From Phoronis australis (taxonomy: Eukaryota > Animalia > Phoronida): DNA of 62,699 nucleotides. Under the pieces are notes generated by a model, which ran no database searches, was not told where the DNA came from, and worked only from the letters and a program-made list of their open reading frames with translations. Below, in pieces: positions 40,130 to 51,648 of the stretch (positions are counted from its first letter, which is position 1; every line of letters starts with the position of its first letter). The translations under genes and the position numbers were made by a program. The DNA lies in NCBI GenBank assembly GCA_002633005.1, contig NMRA01000618.1, forward strand, positions 54,420 through 117,118, written 5' to 3'.

Positions 40130-40712
40130 TCTATAAACCTGTACATTTTAACTCAGTGAAAGTACTTTCTGAAAGTGTAAATACTGTAGAATTTGACTGA
40201 AGACTTTTGTTAGCTTTAAATACCAATCTGCCATGATCGGGCCGTGGGAGTCTCTGCTTATGTACTACAGCAACGCATTCTTTTTGATGTGGTGCGGATG
40301 ATATATCACTGAAAGTATTGTCTCCACAGGGACACACTATCACCAAAGTCCCACGGATAAATTAACAGTTTAATAACAAAGCAGTGCATCAAGAAATGTA
40401 TTAAGAGCTCATTAATGCAATGCAGACACAATCGTATCTTCTGAGCTTCATCTAGATGTCAGACCAGTTGCAACCGTTATGTAGCACCACTGTAGTTCCT
40501 GTAGACCCATGACACTCATGAAGCAGTTGAGACGAGAAATCTTCATATACAGAACTGAAACGGCAAATTCTATCCCATAATCTAACATTCCAAACTCACC
40601 GACTGATCACGTCAGTGGCTGCCATTTTGTGAGAGTAGTCGCAAAACACTTTGATTTCACACACACTGGTAATATTGGCTTACAATAGTAAACATGGTCC
40701 TATCTGTTTCAG

Positions 40713-40807
40713 ATTCCAGAAGTGTTACTTTGGTCCAAGGAACAGAAGGAAGAACTCAGTCCCAATCTGACCTTGTTTACGGAACACTTTAATAAGATGT
40801 CTTACTG
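40713..40807 (+). CDS. RAPGEF1: RAPGEF1/C3G exon (CDC25 RasGEF domain)
   Basis: tttcag|ATT...TG|gtacgt. Encodes IPEVLLWSKEQKEELSPNLTLFTEHFNKMSYW. Confidence 0.96.
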
Positions 40808-41199
40808 GTACGTCTGAATAGGGGCATACTTTACAGCGGACATGGGACTCGTTATACCCAGTTGTAGTCTTCTTATTTGGGTAATTGGTGGGTAAATCTG
40901 TGAGTTGTGATGATTTTTTAATTGCTGAAACTTTCTGAAGCCATGTTTTATGCACTGTTTTTTGAAAACTTGTTTAAGAATTGTTTATAAAATGTTACAA
41001 TTTATTGAGAGGGTGTCAAAATAGAATAAATCCCAGATTGTGACCAATTTATATGTGTAGTCAGATTTATTTTGAGTTTGAAATTATGTTTTGTGTGTCA
41101 AAATGAATTCCAATAACGTTAAGGTAGCGACAGTTTCCTGCAAGTGGTCATGATTTCAATATGTCATCAAACATCGCGGATACCCTGATTTACCACCAG

Positions 41200-41380
41200 G
41201 TGTCGCACTCGTATAATCGAACACGAAGACGCCAAAGACCGGGAGCGTTATTTAATGAAGTTCATCAAGATAATGAAACACCTTCGCAAGCTGAATAACT
41301 TCAACTCCTACCTGGCCATATTGTCTGCTGTGGACTCTGCACCAATCAGGCGGCTTGAATGGCAGAAACAGAACATGGAG
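41200..41380 (+). CDS. RAPGEF1: RAPGEF1/C3G exon (CDC25 RasGEF domain)
   Basis: caccag|G...GAG|gttggt. Encodes KFIKIMKHLRKLNNFNSYLAILSAVDSAPIRRLEW. Confidence 0.96.
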
Positions 41381-42486
41381 GTTGGTTGTCGTGTAGTTGT
41401 ACTGCAGGGTTAAAGGTCATGTTGGCTAGCTGAGACAAATGCTTCGTTTACACAAAGTATAATGTCTGATTTCAACAGAATTTTGTTATTTTAGATAACG
41501 TAGAAAATAAATCTGAAACTAAATAAGGCGATCCAGATCCTCCCAAGGATACTATTGTTTCATGAAATGTAGAATATAAAACGGTAAATAAAACAACAAG
41601 AATGGATCAACTGAAATTTGAAATTTTCGGATGTAATAATTTCCTTTGTCAACAAAAACAGAAATTTAGAAATTAGATGTATTGGGCTAACCAGATTGTC
41701 CTAGCAAAGCCTTGGTAAAATCAGAAAATACGCTTTCAATCTCGCAAATGTAAGCCTGTCAAGTTATAGGTGAAGCTCGCTTTACGTGCCATGTTATGTC
41801 ATCGCGAGGTCCCAGCACAAACACTAAGAGGCTGCTAACAGCTGTATTGAATAGTAGTCTGAATAGAACACCATTGCGTGCAGGTGTTATTCGCAGCTGT
41901 TTAAATTAAATGGTGATTCTCGCGCTGACATAGACAAAAGCAAGCCAGTACGCCTAACAGTTTTAGCAATTTATAGCACTAGTTGGCCCAGGGCGATGCT
42001 CTTAACGTACTGTGATAACCAAATTTACATGTGTTACCTTTGAAGATAGGCTTTTAATACAATGTTGTGGTAAGCTGAAAAGACCAAAACAGAATGGGTG
42101 TAACAGTCAGGCTGCAGGCTGTTAAAAAGAGCCAAGGCTTTACATTCCCATGCAGTATTTTCTTATTGGTCCGGTACCTTAACATTATTTTCATTGAAAG
42201 CGCTGATATGTTGTTTCCATTAGATTTGTGTTTGCAAGGCTGGAAAGCAGTTGCGTACAGATGTTTGTGCACAAATAAGTTTGATGTTGAATAAAATTTA
42301 ATGCAGATGTCAGTCACTACAAAAGGATATGTTTTTTCCTAGCTGTCAGGTGGAACTTTGTTAGTTGAACTTTTATGCTAAGACAAAGCAAAATTACATT
42401 GAGTTCTGAAACGAGCCTTAAAATTGTGTTGCCTGGTAACAATACTTTGATATTATCTTAGTTACTGTGACTGTGACTTGTTGCAG

Positions 42487-42584
42487 ATGCTGAAGGAGTT
42501 CTGTCAGCTCATAGATAGCTCATCCTCATTCAGGGCCTACAGACAAGCCCTTGCTGAAACTGAACCACCATGTATACCCTACAT
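42487..42584 (+). CDS. RAPGEF1: RAPGEF1/C3G exon (CDC25 RasGEF domain)
   Basis: ttgcag|ATG...AT|gtaagt. Encodes LIDSSSSFRAYRQALAETEPPCIPY. Confidence 0.96.
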
Positions 42585-43048
42585 GTAAGTAGATAGTTAT
42601 TCCTCATTCAGGGGCCCAAGCTGCATTTGAGATTTGGGCTTGCAGTTTTCACTTAAATTGATTTTAACCTGGAGTGAAGTACCTCGAATTTTGCACTAAA
42701 ATACAGTTTTTAAGAAAGTTTGCTTCATAATTCCGGTGATTTTTATATTAAGAAGAAACATCATTGTTTTCTGAAAGGCATATTATCCATTGCATTGCGA
42801 GTAGAACTAGAGTTGAGTGCGAATTAATGAGTAAAAAAACTTTGAGCCTGTGCTCAGAAATTGGTTCTCACACCATAGAGGCAAAAAAACAAAAGAAAGT
42901 TTTTAATCAAAAGTCTTTTCCAGCAGACTTAAGCTCTGATATTTTCTTTTTCTACTCCTCCAGTGCAACTTAAGAGTCTTTGGTTTTGAGACTAAGTTAA
43001 ACGTGGATGAGTGGATGGTGCAAGTTTACCCTTAAAGACCTCAGTATT

Positions 43049-43549
43049 CAGGGCTTGGAATTTTCCGCGGAAACGCGCTTTTTTCAAATGTTCTGTCCGT
43101 GCATTTTATTATATTTCCGCGTAAAAAAAATCGGATTTGATATAAAATTTCCGCGGCAAATTCCTTTCTTACCGTCTTACCGCGGCGTTGCCGACGACGT
43201 TCACCTTGAAAAGCGGAAGTTGCTCTTTATGTTTCGGAGGAACGTAAATTGTCAACATTGCCGGGGCATCTGGGATAGCGTGGTGGGATTTTCAATGGCG
43301 TCTCGTGTGATTGTAAACCGTGGTGACGAATACTACGGCTCTGCAGCCAAAAATGTGTGGGGGTGGGAGTGGAGGAGTGGATGGACGAGATAAGAAGACG
43401 CAGACGCATGCTACTTATAGTGGTAATGTTTTTTTTTTTAGTCCCTACCGATTTTTGTCGGCGAAAGGTTCACATCGAGGCCGGGTAGCGTGCATGTTTT
43501 GGGCCGTAAAAGTTTCCGCGTTTTTTGTCATTGATCATTCCAAGCCCTG
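43049..43549. mobile_element. 501-bp MITE, 13-bp TIR CAGGGCTTGGAAT, 6-bp TSD AGTATT
   Basis: AGTATT|CAGGGCTTGGAAT ... ATTCCAAGCCCTG|AGTATT, with a CpG-rich interior carrying repeated TTTCCGCG. Confidence 0.85.
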
Positions 43550-44110
43550 AGTATTGAAACTACAAATTTGGGGTTGAATTTGAAATTTTATAAGCTTGTA
43601 TCAAAAGGTCATCAAATGCGAACTCGCATTATGTATCCGTCTGTTGTACTGGAGTACAAAAACAGAACATTTGTCCATATATCCGTAGAAGGCCATGTAA
43701 CTGGAGACAATTATGAGGAGATTACATGTAGGTCTCTGTACTGCATACTTCCATACAGATGTAATGTTTTCCTCCATGTGTGGGGACTCACCAGGTGGCG
43801 CTTGTGTTACAAGGATCCTACTCATTGAAGAGCTTGCCTTCAGTTTTATTGCATAGGATTTAATCCCATGAACACTTTCCACTCTGATGCCGATTCCTCT
43901 GCTATGAATATTCATGTGTGAAGGAGACGGCGCTTTCCTCAACAGCACCATCTGGTGGCGATGGAGCCGCTCACTTTCTGTTGCCCAACCTCAGCAGAAG
44001 AGGAACCACAAAACTCTGCTGTGCACTCCTTCACTCACCTGTTGAGCGGTGTCACCGCTCATTCTAATGAGAATAGTTTTTATTATCAATGCTTCTTTTT
44101 TCTGTTCTAG

Positions 44111-44242
44111 CGGTCTTATCCTACAAGACTTGACCTTTGTTCACATTGGCAACCAGGACTTCCTGCCAGATGGAAACGTCAATTTTGCCAAGAGGTGGCA
44201 GCAGTTCAACATTCTAGAGTGCATGAGGAGGTTTAAAAAATG
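44111..44242 (+). CDS. RAPGEF1: RAPGEF1/C3G exon (CDC25 RasGEF domain)
   Basis: ttctag|C...TG|gtgagt. Encodes GLILQDLTFVHIGNQDFLPDGNVNFAKRWQQFNIL. Confidence 0.96.
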
Positions 44243-45083
44243 GTGAGTATCAGACATTTAATGTCACCAATTTGGGACAACAATGATGGCCGCGTTTTCT
44301 TTAAGTGTTGAATGTTGTTAGCTACAGTGCAAAATGTGAATATGGCAAACTACTATTGGTTCCATGTACCATTTAAGAACTTGTCCACCATATTGGAGAG
44401 TTTTTGTGTGGACACCTTAAGTGCCCATTTTGTCCAAGGCAGAATGTTGGGCCATAGTTAAGATAACAAAGCTGCACACAATAAGTAAGTGCTATGTCAA
44501 GTTGAAGCGCCCCCTTGTAGGTCATATTGAATCCACCAATTGTAAACTGTCATTTTTTTTGGAACGTCATCACCATCTTGCCGTTGGAGAATTCCATGAG
44601 CGTTCCTCAGGTCATAGTGCAGTGTTTAAAAGTAAAGGAACACTAATTTGCCCCTGTAAAATGGCATCGGAATAAAAGTTGTTTAGGATGTCACAAAAGT
44701 AACTTCCGAGAATAGTTTAGTACTCGGAACACTGCACCCAACATGGTACTTCTTAACTGGCAACTATTATTGGTTCTTACAGTTTGTGATTACAATATGC
44801 ACTTACCACAGCTTCTGAACTTTTACGACTTATTTCTTTTGTTTGAGAATCATGGAACATAGATGGCTGTCAGGGATAAGTGCTATACACCAACTGGTGT
44901 TTCTTTGTTGATATTTCCCAATCTCTATTGTGTAACCTGCCTGAGCAACACAAGGGGGCATCTTGATTTGTGTGCTAGCTGATCGATGTTAATTACCCTC
45001 AAAGAATGTGGTGAAATGTGAGATGGGTTGTTGCGAGTGGGGTCGTTCATGACTTCTCTTGATTCAAACATTCTTTGTTCCAG

Positions 45084-45219
45084 TGATTACTCATTCAAGA
45101 AGAACCCGAAAGTGATCACGTTCTTCTGTGATTTTGACGACTATCTGTGCGAGGAGTCGCTATGGCAGATCTCCGAGTTGATCAAGCCACGTGGAGGCAA
45201 AAAGAAAACGTCAATGTAA
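45084..45219 (+). CDS. RAPGEF1: RAPGEF1/C3G last coding exon
   Basis: ttccag|T...TAA. Encodes YLCEESLWQISELIKPRG, the typical CDC25-domain end. Confidence 0.95.
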
Positions 45220-45556
45220 CGGTTGCCGTGGAAATGTCAATCAACGAATGGTTTTGATGTGACTGCTGTTAGGATTTAGGAAGAATGCAGATCCTAGTTG
45301 TCCTGGAAATACATTTTGATGAGGGAATTACTGTTTACCCGCATATACCATCCATTGGATAATAGAAAAGCGATACATCTGGGTCCACATTCACGTGTCG
45401 TACTGGGTGTTGAACACTGTCTGGATGGCTCTTTAATAGGTGGCTATCACACTCCAGGGGACCAGTAATTAACATTGAAAAATGACTTATCAAGGTTACC
45501 AAAGATCTGTGTTTTTACTCACCGTGACAGCAAAACTAGTCTCATCTACTCTCCTT

Positions 45557-45669
45557 TGGGTATTAGTCAGGTATAACGTGCCCGCATTTTGAGAACCAGT
45601 TTTCTCTAATGAGTAACGGGCGACAAACTGGTTCTCGTAATGTGGGCACGTTATATCCGATTATTGCCA
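45557..45669. mobile_element. Small palindromic MITE in the presumed RAPGEF1 3' UTR
   Basis: TATAACGTGCCCGCATTTTGAGAACCAGTTT pairs with AAACTGGTTCTCGTAATGTGGGCACGTTATA. A homologue is at 22413-22531. Confidence 0.7.
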
Positions 45670-46930
45670 TCTTTTGTATAAGTTAGCTGCATCATTAGTG
45701 CCATTGTGTTGTGGTGATTACATGGGAGATAAATGTTATCAGGCCTTGCACTCCGCCGGATTTTTTTATTATAAACCAGCTACCTGCTCCCTGGTGGTCT
45801 GTAAATGGGGATAGGGCTGGTTCTCCAATGAACAAACTGGTGAATTGAGAAAATTAGAGGAATAAATGCTCGTCACCTAGTCGCAAACTTGGTGAAGTCT
45901 TTTCAAATTTCAAGAATTACCTTTTCAACAGGCCATTTTCAACTCTTTAAATTGTAATGAAATTTTCTGATTCCCAACTGGAAAGTTTTAATTTTTGCCT
46001 TAATATGCAATCAGTTATAATCATGTGCTGTCTTTTTTTGTTAAAAAAGTAACTGTTTAAAAAAACATTTGACAAATTTGTGTTAGAGCTGTATGTTCTT
46101 AATGTAAATATGCTAAGAACTGTGTTTAACATTTTTGATTTATTGTAAAAATAGGTATCATTCGTCAAATTCCACTATTAAAATTTAACTGCAACTCCTC
46201 ATTTTATGCAACGAATATCTGTTTGAAGGCAACATAAAATTAAGTCATGTTTCCTTCGACCTCAGAGTTTAAAAGAAGTGTGAAATTTTGCATGATAATT
46301 GACCCTCGCACCAAAGAGAAATCAATCTTCAAAACTGCAGAGAGGTCTGAAAACGGTCGATAGAATCAACAGAAGTCATCACCTACAACTTGTATATTTG
46401 ACAAAGAATGCTGCGTTTAAAGAAATGTGAGTAGCAGTGGATGAATCCTAATTCTCTACAATAATATTTAAATATTTAATTTTTGGAGGGAAATGTACGA
46501 AGGGTGATCATTACCTGAAAATGTGCCTCTTTAATTTATTGAAAATTCCCTAAACCCTTTACACTACATGGCGCATTATCATCCATTGATGCCAATATGT
46601 GCATTTGTTAATTTGTAAAATGTTTACCAAATTGAATTCTCTGTTCTGAATACTTGGCAGCTTGTTATTTTAAATTGTTATCCGTATGATAATGTTGTGG
46701 TGCTCATGTGATTCTGAAAGATGGTACATATGGGGATAATTCTTATAATTTGGAGACAGTTTTCATTGGCTGGTCACTGGCTAATTCACCTAATCTTAGA
46801 ATCTACCTAATCTTCGTCGAATGTATGGTGACTGCTGAATGCAATTTGTTGTCAATTGTACGGTGCTATTTTATGGTGTGTTTTTTCAAACTTCTTAAAC
46901 TCCATCTGAGCACCTTGTGACAACAGTGAT

Positions 46931-47186
46931 TGATGCTAGACCAGGACTGAGTTCTGTAGACCTGATGCTAGACCAGGGCTGAGTTCTGTAGACCTGATGC
47001 TAGACCAGGGCTGAGTTCTTTACACCTGATGCTAGACCAGGGCTGAGTTCTGTACACCTGATGCTAGACCAGGGCTGAGTTCTGTACACCTGATGCTAGA
47101 CCAGGGCTGAGTTCTGTAGACCTGATGCTAGACCAGGGCTGAGTTCTGTACACCTGACGCTAGACCAGGGCTGACTTCTGTAGACC
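46931..47186. repeat. 32-bp minisatellite x8 (TGATGCTAGACCAGGGCTGAGTTCTGTA[G/C]ACC)
   Basis: Exact 32-bp period with no spacers. Confidence 0.95.
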
Positions 47187-48064
47187 TGACGTGATCTTGT
47201 GTTTTCGGGAGGTTTTTGCATGTATGGAATGCTTGCGATGCTTTGTCATGTTGCCCTCAAATTCTGCGAATTTGTTGAATTTTGTTTAACTAAAGTTCTC
47301 ATTTGTGACCCGGAGGATGTTCAGATTGTGACAAGATCATGCCATTGCAGGAGGTCTCATGTCTAGCATGTAGTTTAAGCATATATTCTGGCCAATGAGA
47401 AGGCTCTGTTGTAGGTATGCAATCCAAGTGTCTTCCTCCCATGCTGAGGAATCCCCTGGAGTCTTAATCGGGCCCAGCTGTGTGGCCTTAGCACGCTTGG
47501 TGCACCGCAGAAGGCACCAGGTCATCTGCCTATTTTTTAACTGTCTTCCTTCTGGTGTAGAATGCTCATATTGTTCTTTAGTGTTCGCTGTTGTTCATAT
47601 TCTCAAAGCTGTTTTACACTCGCCTTCTGTTAAATATTTTCATAATTTAAAACAGTGTTTGGCTGGCTTAGAACACATGAAAAGCTTCATCAATCAAAAT
47701 GTATTGGAACATTTCCATAACTACACACCTGCATGTATTTGCCCATTTTTCTGACATTTTATGAAAACAGAACTTCGTGGCTGGCTGCCATTTTGTTGGT
47801 GTACCACCAAAAATATCAAATTTACTTTGAAAATTATGCATTAAATTCTGTCTGTTTTGAAAAACACACTTGATTAGGTGTTGATGAAGCATCATTAGGA
47901 ATACTTGTAAACTTGATTGGTTTGCATTTTTTCTTATACATCAAAATGTGGTCACAAGTTACTTTGAATGGTATGGTATCAGTTAAGTCACGTTACTTTG
48001 TAATGTTGAACATGGTAAGTGTGACATCATCCCACTTGTGACGTTTATGGCCATCAGCTCAAAG

Positions 48065-48315
48065 CATGCGTGCACCCAGCCTAAGAAATAGGGGTCTAAT
48101 TTTTGAGAATGTGGACCTTTTACTAAAATTCATTGGGGACGTTCAGAACCATGAATTGTGCATTGGCTAAATTGTGGTAGTGTTTGCCCTTTTTGTGGAC
48201 TTTTGTTTCGTTTTCTACGTTTTCGGAATTTTTGTTTCTCTGAGGTGGATCTTTTTTCCCACTTCTCCAAATGGGGGGCTCGAAGGAGACCCCGAACCTC
48301 CCGGGTGCGCGTATG
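48065..48315. mobile_element. MITE (CAYRCGYGCACCCRG-type TIR)
   Basis: CATGCGTGCACCCAG ... CCGGGTGCGCGTATG. Its ends are related to those of 55066-55310. Confidence 0.55.
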
Positions 48316-48788
48316 AAAAGGCCAATTAAACCACGACCGGGTCTTTCGCCAAGATGCTGGTTTAACCGTCGGTGGTGACTTGAGTGTCAATGCCGTTTTG
48401 ACGGCAGGCTGATTAGAAACGGTTATTGGTCTGGAGAAGAGCTGACAGTTCACTCAGCTCATAAGATATGACCTCCCCCATGTCATGGAGACTGGTTGTG
48501 CCAGTCTCAAGTTAGGAACTGTCCGGTCTTCTCAATCTCAGAATTATTCCAAATCTGATATGTGTTAGGAACAAGTTGAGACCAGCCTCAGAGTTAGAGG
48601 GTGGGGTCGAAATCAAATTTTGACAGGATGTAGTCCGACAGCTGTTTTATTAGCTATGTTGTCTTTAATGGTTTTAACATTTTGTTTCGCACATGTTTAT
48701 AGTAAATGACTTTAACATTGGCCATCAATCAGCCGTGACGTTGACAATGTAACAGTTGGTCACATAGGTAGAGTGCGTACAGACTGTA

Positions 48789-48794
48789 AATAAA
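48789..48794 (+). promoter_or_regulatory. Candidate distal polyadenylation signal of RAPGEF1
   Basis: AATAAA in a CTGTAAATAAA context with TG-containing sequence downstream. A proximal alternative AATAAA is at 45861. Confidence 0.3.
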
Positions 48795-49246
48795 TAATGG
48801 AAAGACAACGATACCTGTGCGTATTTCATTGTAAATGAAATGATGTGCAATTACATTTGAAGGATATATACTGTTGCGTTAACAGTTTGTAATATAATTA
48901 TTTATTGACGTGTCAGTTTTTACTTGGTCCCGTTCTCGTAAGCGCTATAACCTTACGGGAGTGTCTGCATTTACTTCTTAAAGGCGAAGGCAACCTTTTT
49001 CCATGTCATTTTGAGCTAAAATAAGGTTGGTTGGTTATCCTAGTCATATTTTCCACTTAATTACAGCTTTTCGTAATTTTATTAATTACTCGTCCGCTAC
49101 TGCGGAAGTGACGTTTTAGGAGGCAAGCATTTCGCGCCAATTTCTTTTCATATAGTCTGACGGTGAGAACTGCCGAGTCATTCATTGTTCTACCTCGGTT
49201 GTGTTAAGTTCCGCCGTCGTTTGCTTTCATTTACTAGTCAGTCAAC

Positions 49247-50035
49247 ATGCCACACTGTTGCTGCGTACCGGAATGTACTAATTATCCGCTCACGCGCGCT
49301 TTGGGAGTACCGCTGCTTTCCGATGGATGACACACTTCGCCGTACTTGGCTCGTTCGTGTGAAGAACGCAGCGTTACCCGTCCACGCAACGTAAAAAGCA
49401 GTGGAGAATTACCGTGTGTGTGGCAAGCACTTTCTGCCCTCCGGTTACGAAAGGGATTTGTACGCTGAACTGATGAAGGTCCCTGCGAAACAACGCCTGA
49501 AGAAGGATGCCATTCCGTCTGTGTTGATTCCCGGCAGTGCCCCGTCGCCACCCCCGAGAAGTGCGTTTTTGAAGCGAGAAGCCTCGCGAGCTGTGGCCAG
49601 TACAGTGACTGGAGCCAGTGGAGGCACTTCATCTACTGTCACCCGTGCCTCCGAACGTACCCCAGAGCGTGCAATTCCTGGAACCAGTAGTGATTCGCCC
49701 TGTGCTGTTTTCTCCAGCCCAGAGCCTCTAAGCAGCCCTGCAGCGATATTGAGTAGTGGGAGTGATTACAGGCCCAGTTCGACACCCAGTGAAGAGGACA
49801 GTTCGTCGTCCAGTGAACAGATCGGTGAGCCAAACTTTGATAAGTTTATTGTGGACTTGTCTAAAGTGTTGGAGCTATTTAGAAGGTGCCAGGTGTGTGG
49901 CGAGGGAGTCACACGACACGATGTAAGCAGTTTGGGTGCTCAGGTCACCATCCAGTGGGAGTGTGTCGCGGGACACTCTGGCAAGTGGGACAGTTGTTCC
50001 TCTGTCCGTGGTATGCCGGAGGTCCACTTAACCAT
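49247..50035 (+). pseudogene. 5' part of a THAP-domain transposase (disrupted, truncated before the catalytic DDE region)
   Basis: MPHCCCVPEC, frameshift near 49305, YRCFPMDDTLRRTWL, in-frame TAA at 49392-49394, RVCGKHF...LKKDAIPSV (C2CH THAP with AVPT-like box), a Ser-rich linker, then CQVC...CVAGH..W zinc-finger-like motif. Confidence 0.85.
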
Positions 50036-50333
50036 GTCCAGTAGTGGCTTGGCCTCGTCGAACTCTGAACAGCACAAGCATTCCATTGAGGTAGGCATAA
50101 CAACGCACACAGTGCATTTGCACCAAGATGTGTCACCACGTCTGTCCTCAGTAGCCGCCTCGTTTCTCTCAACAGCTGCCTATGCCTTTGCGTACTCTGC
50201 CTCGTTACACTCGGGCTCAAACATGTACCCACCCACTGAATTTCCGTGAAAAAATTCCTCGTCACCACTGCTGTGAACAAGGTCTCCGTCACTCACACTA
50301 CTGTCACTGTGACGGGTCACCGACTCGAGCCAT
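50036..50333 (-). pseudogene. 5' part of the second Kolobok gene (KolX-like, Cys-rich P2X7-ballast-type motif)
   Basis: The minus strand reads SDSSVSDGD...GGYMFEPECNEAEYAKA*AAVERNEAATEDRRGDTSWCKCTVCVVMPTSMECLCCSEFDEAKPLL. It has one internal TAG and a frameshift after the ATG at 50333. This frame is absent from the ORF track. Confidence 0.72.
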
Positions 50334-51648
50334 TTACAGCTTACAACACACTAAATATTCCCTAAATCCAACTTAGTTGAGTTCTCTACTAACCTATCTT
50401 GCCGCAGAATACTCGCCGATGGAAAGTGGTGGCGACAATTGTTGAAAAACAGCACAAAACAAAAGTAGAATAGAACAGATTCGCACGGTAAAGTCAACGC
50501 AAAGCCAAGTGGCGGGAAACGCTTGCCTCCTAAAACGTCACTTCCGCAGTAGCGAACGAGTAATTAATAAAATTACGAAAAGCTGTAATTAAGTGGAAAA
50601 TATGTCTAGGATAACCAACCAACCTTATTTTAGCTCAAAATGACATGGAAAAAGGTTGCCTTCGCCTTTAAGTCAGCACTTAGTTGGCTTAGATCCTGTC
50701 AGATGTAACCACTTGTAACCAAGTGCGACGTTTTTAGACCAAAAAGCACGACGTATCGTAATACTGGACATCAAACCAATGCCACACGATCAGGTCTGTT
50801 TTGATAGCTACTTCTACTCTTCTTTCTTGTAAAGTGTCACTTCGCCGAAATATTTTCATGTGTACTGACGAACTTCGGTGTCCATGCCATGTATTCAATA
50901 ATAGAGGCGACTGTTCCGATCGATCAGCTTATGATCGGCCCTAATAAGGACGCCAGGTAATTTAACAACGAAGACATATCCTCCTGGTCTCTTTCATCGC
51001 AACAACTTATTTACAATCTCACTGTGTCTATGTCAACAGACTTTACATTACAACAAACAAAGGACTAAACGTGTCCACGTCGTTTTCTATGATGCATACA
51101 GGGATGAATGCGACTGTGAAAATGTAAATAAAGCAAACTTGCAGTTTAAAGAATTCAATCTCTAGAAAAGCACCAAAGGTGAATACTTTAATTAACACTT
51201 ACAGAAGGACTGCATTACACTTGTCCACAAGGTTGTCGAATCTCTCGAGTTCTTTCGGTACTCAGCTTCCAAGAGAAACCTTTCTCCCGGCATACCACTA
51301 CACATGTTTGATTCAATACATGTTTTACGCGTGTAGAGAAGAACTAGACGATGCTGGCTGTCTTGTGGCTGTTCGCTGGAAAATTTGTAAAAGATTTTCA
51401 GGGAACACGTACAGTACATATAGTGATAGCGACAGTTCTAAACAAAGTAATCTCTTTTTTGAAACTGCGGCCAATATGAAATTCAAAGTAACGTGTACAA
51501 CAACAATGACATTCTATTTCGTAGTACCCTGTAAGCGTTGAAAATACTTGTGTTGCCTTATAATGCCTGTATTCAACAGGAGGGGTTTAAATGGCTTGAA
51601 TAGTAGGGAAATGACCATTAACTGTTACTGTACATGTATATCAAAGTT

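Larger units (their letters stand above)
48982..50667. mobile_element. Kolobok-superfamily DNA transposon, internally deleted (1686 bp)
   Basis: TTAA|AGGCGAAGGCAACC ... GGTTGCCTTCGCCT|TTAA. Near-perfect ~158-bp TIRs (48982-49139 and 50509-50667), AG..CT termini, a THAP domain and a convergent second gene. Confidence 0.88.

Noticed and set aside
43007-43550. 128-aa and 76-aa ORFs in a CpG-rich patch as a nested gene or CpG island
   Set aside because: They coincide with the TIR/TSD-bounded MITE and have no protein motifs.
46931-47186. 32-bp repeats as a CRISPR array
   Set aside because: The period equals the unit length, so there are no spacers.
48982-50667. piggyBac (TTAA TSD) or P element (THAP) assignment
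   Set aside because: Termini are AG..CT rather than the CC..GG typical of piggyBac, P elements make ~8-bp TSDs, and THAP plus TTAA plus a convergent second gene fits Kolobok.
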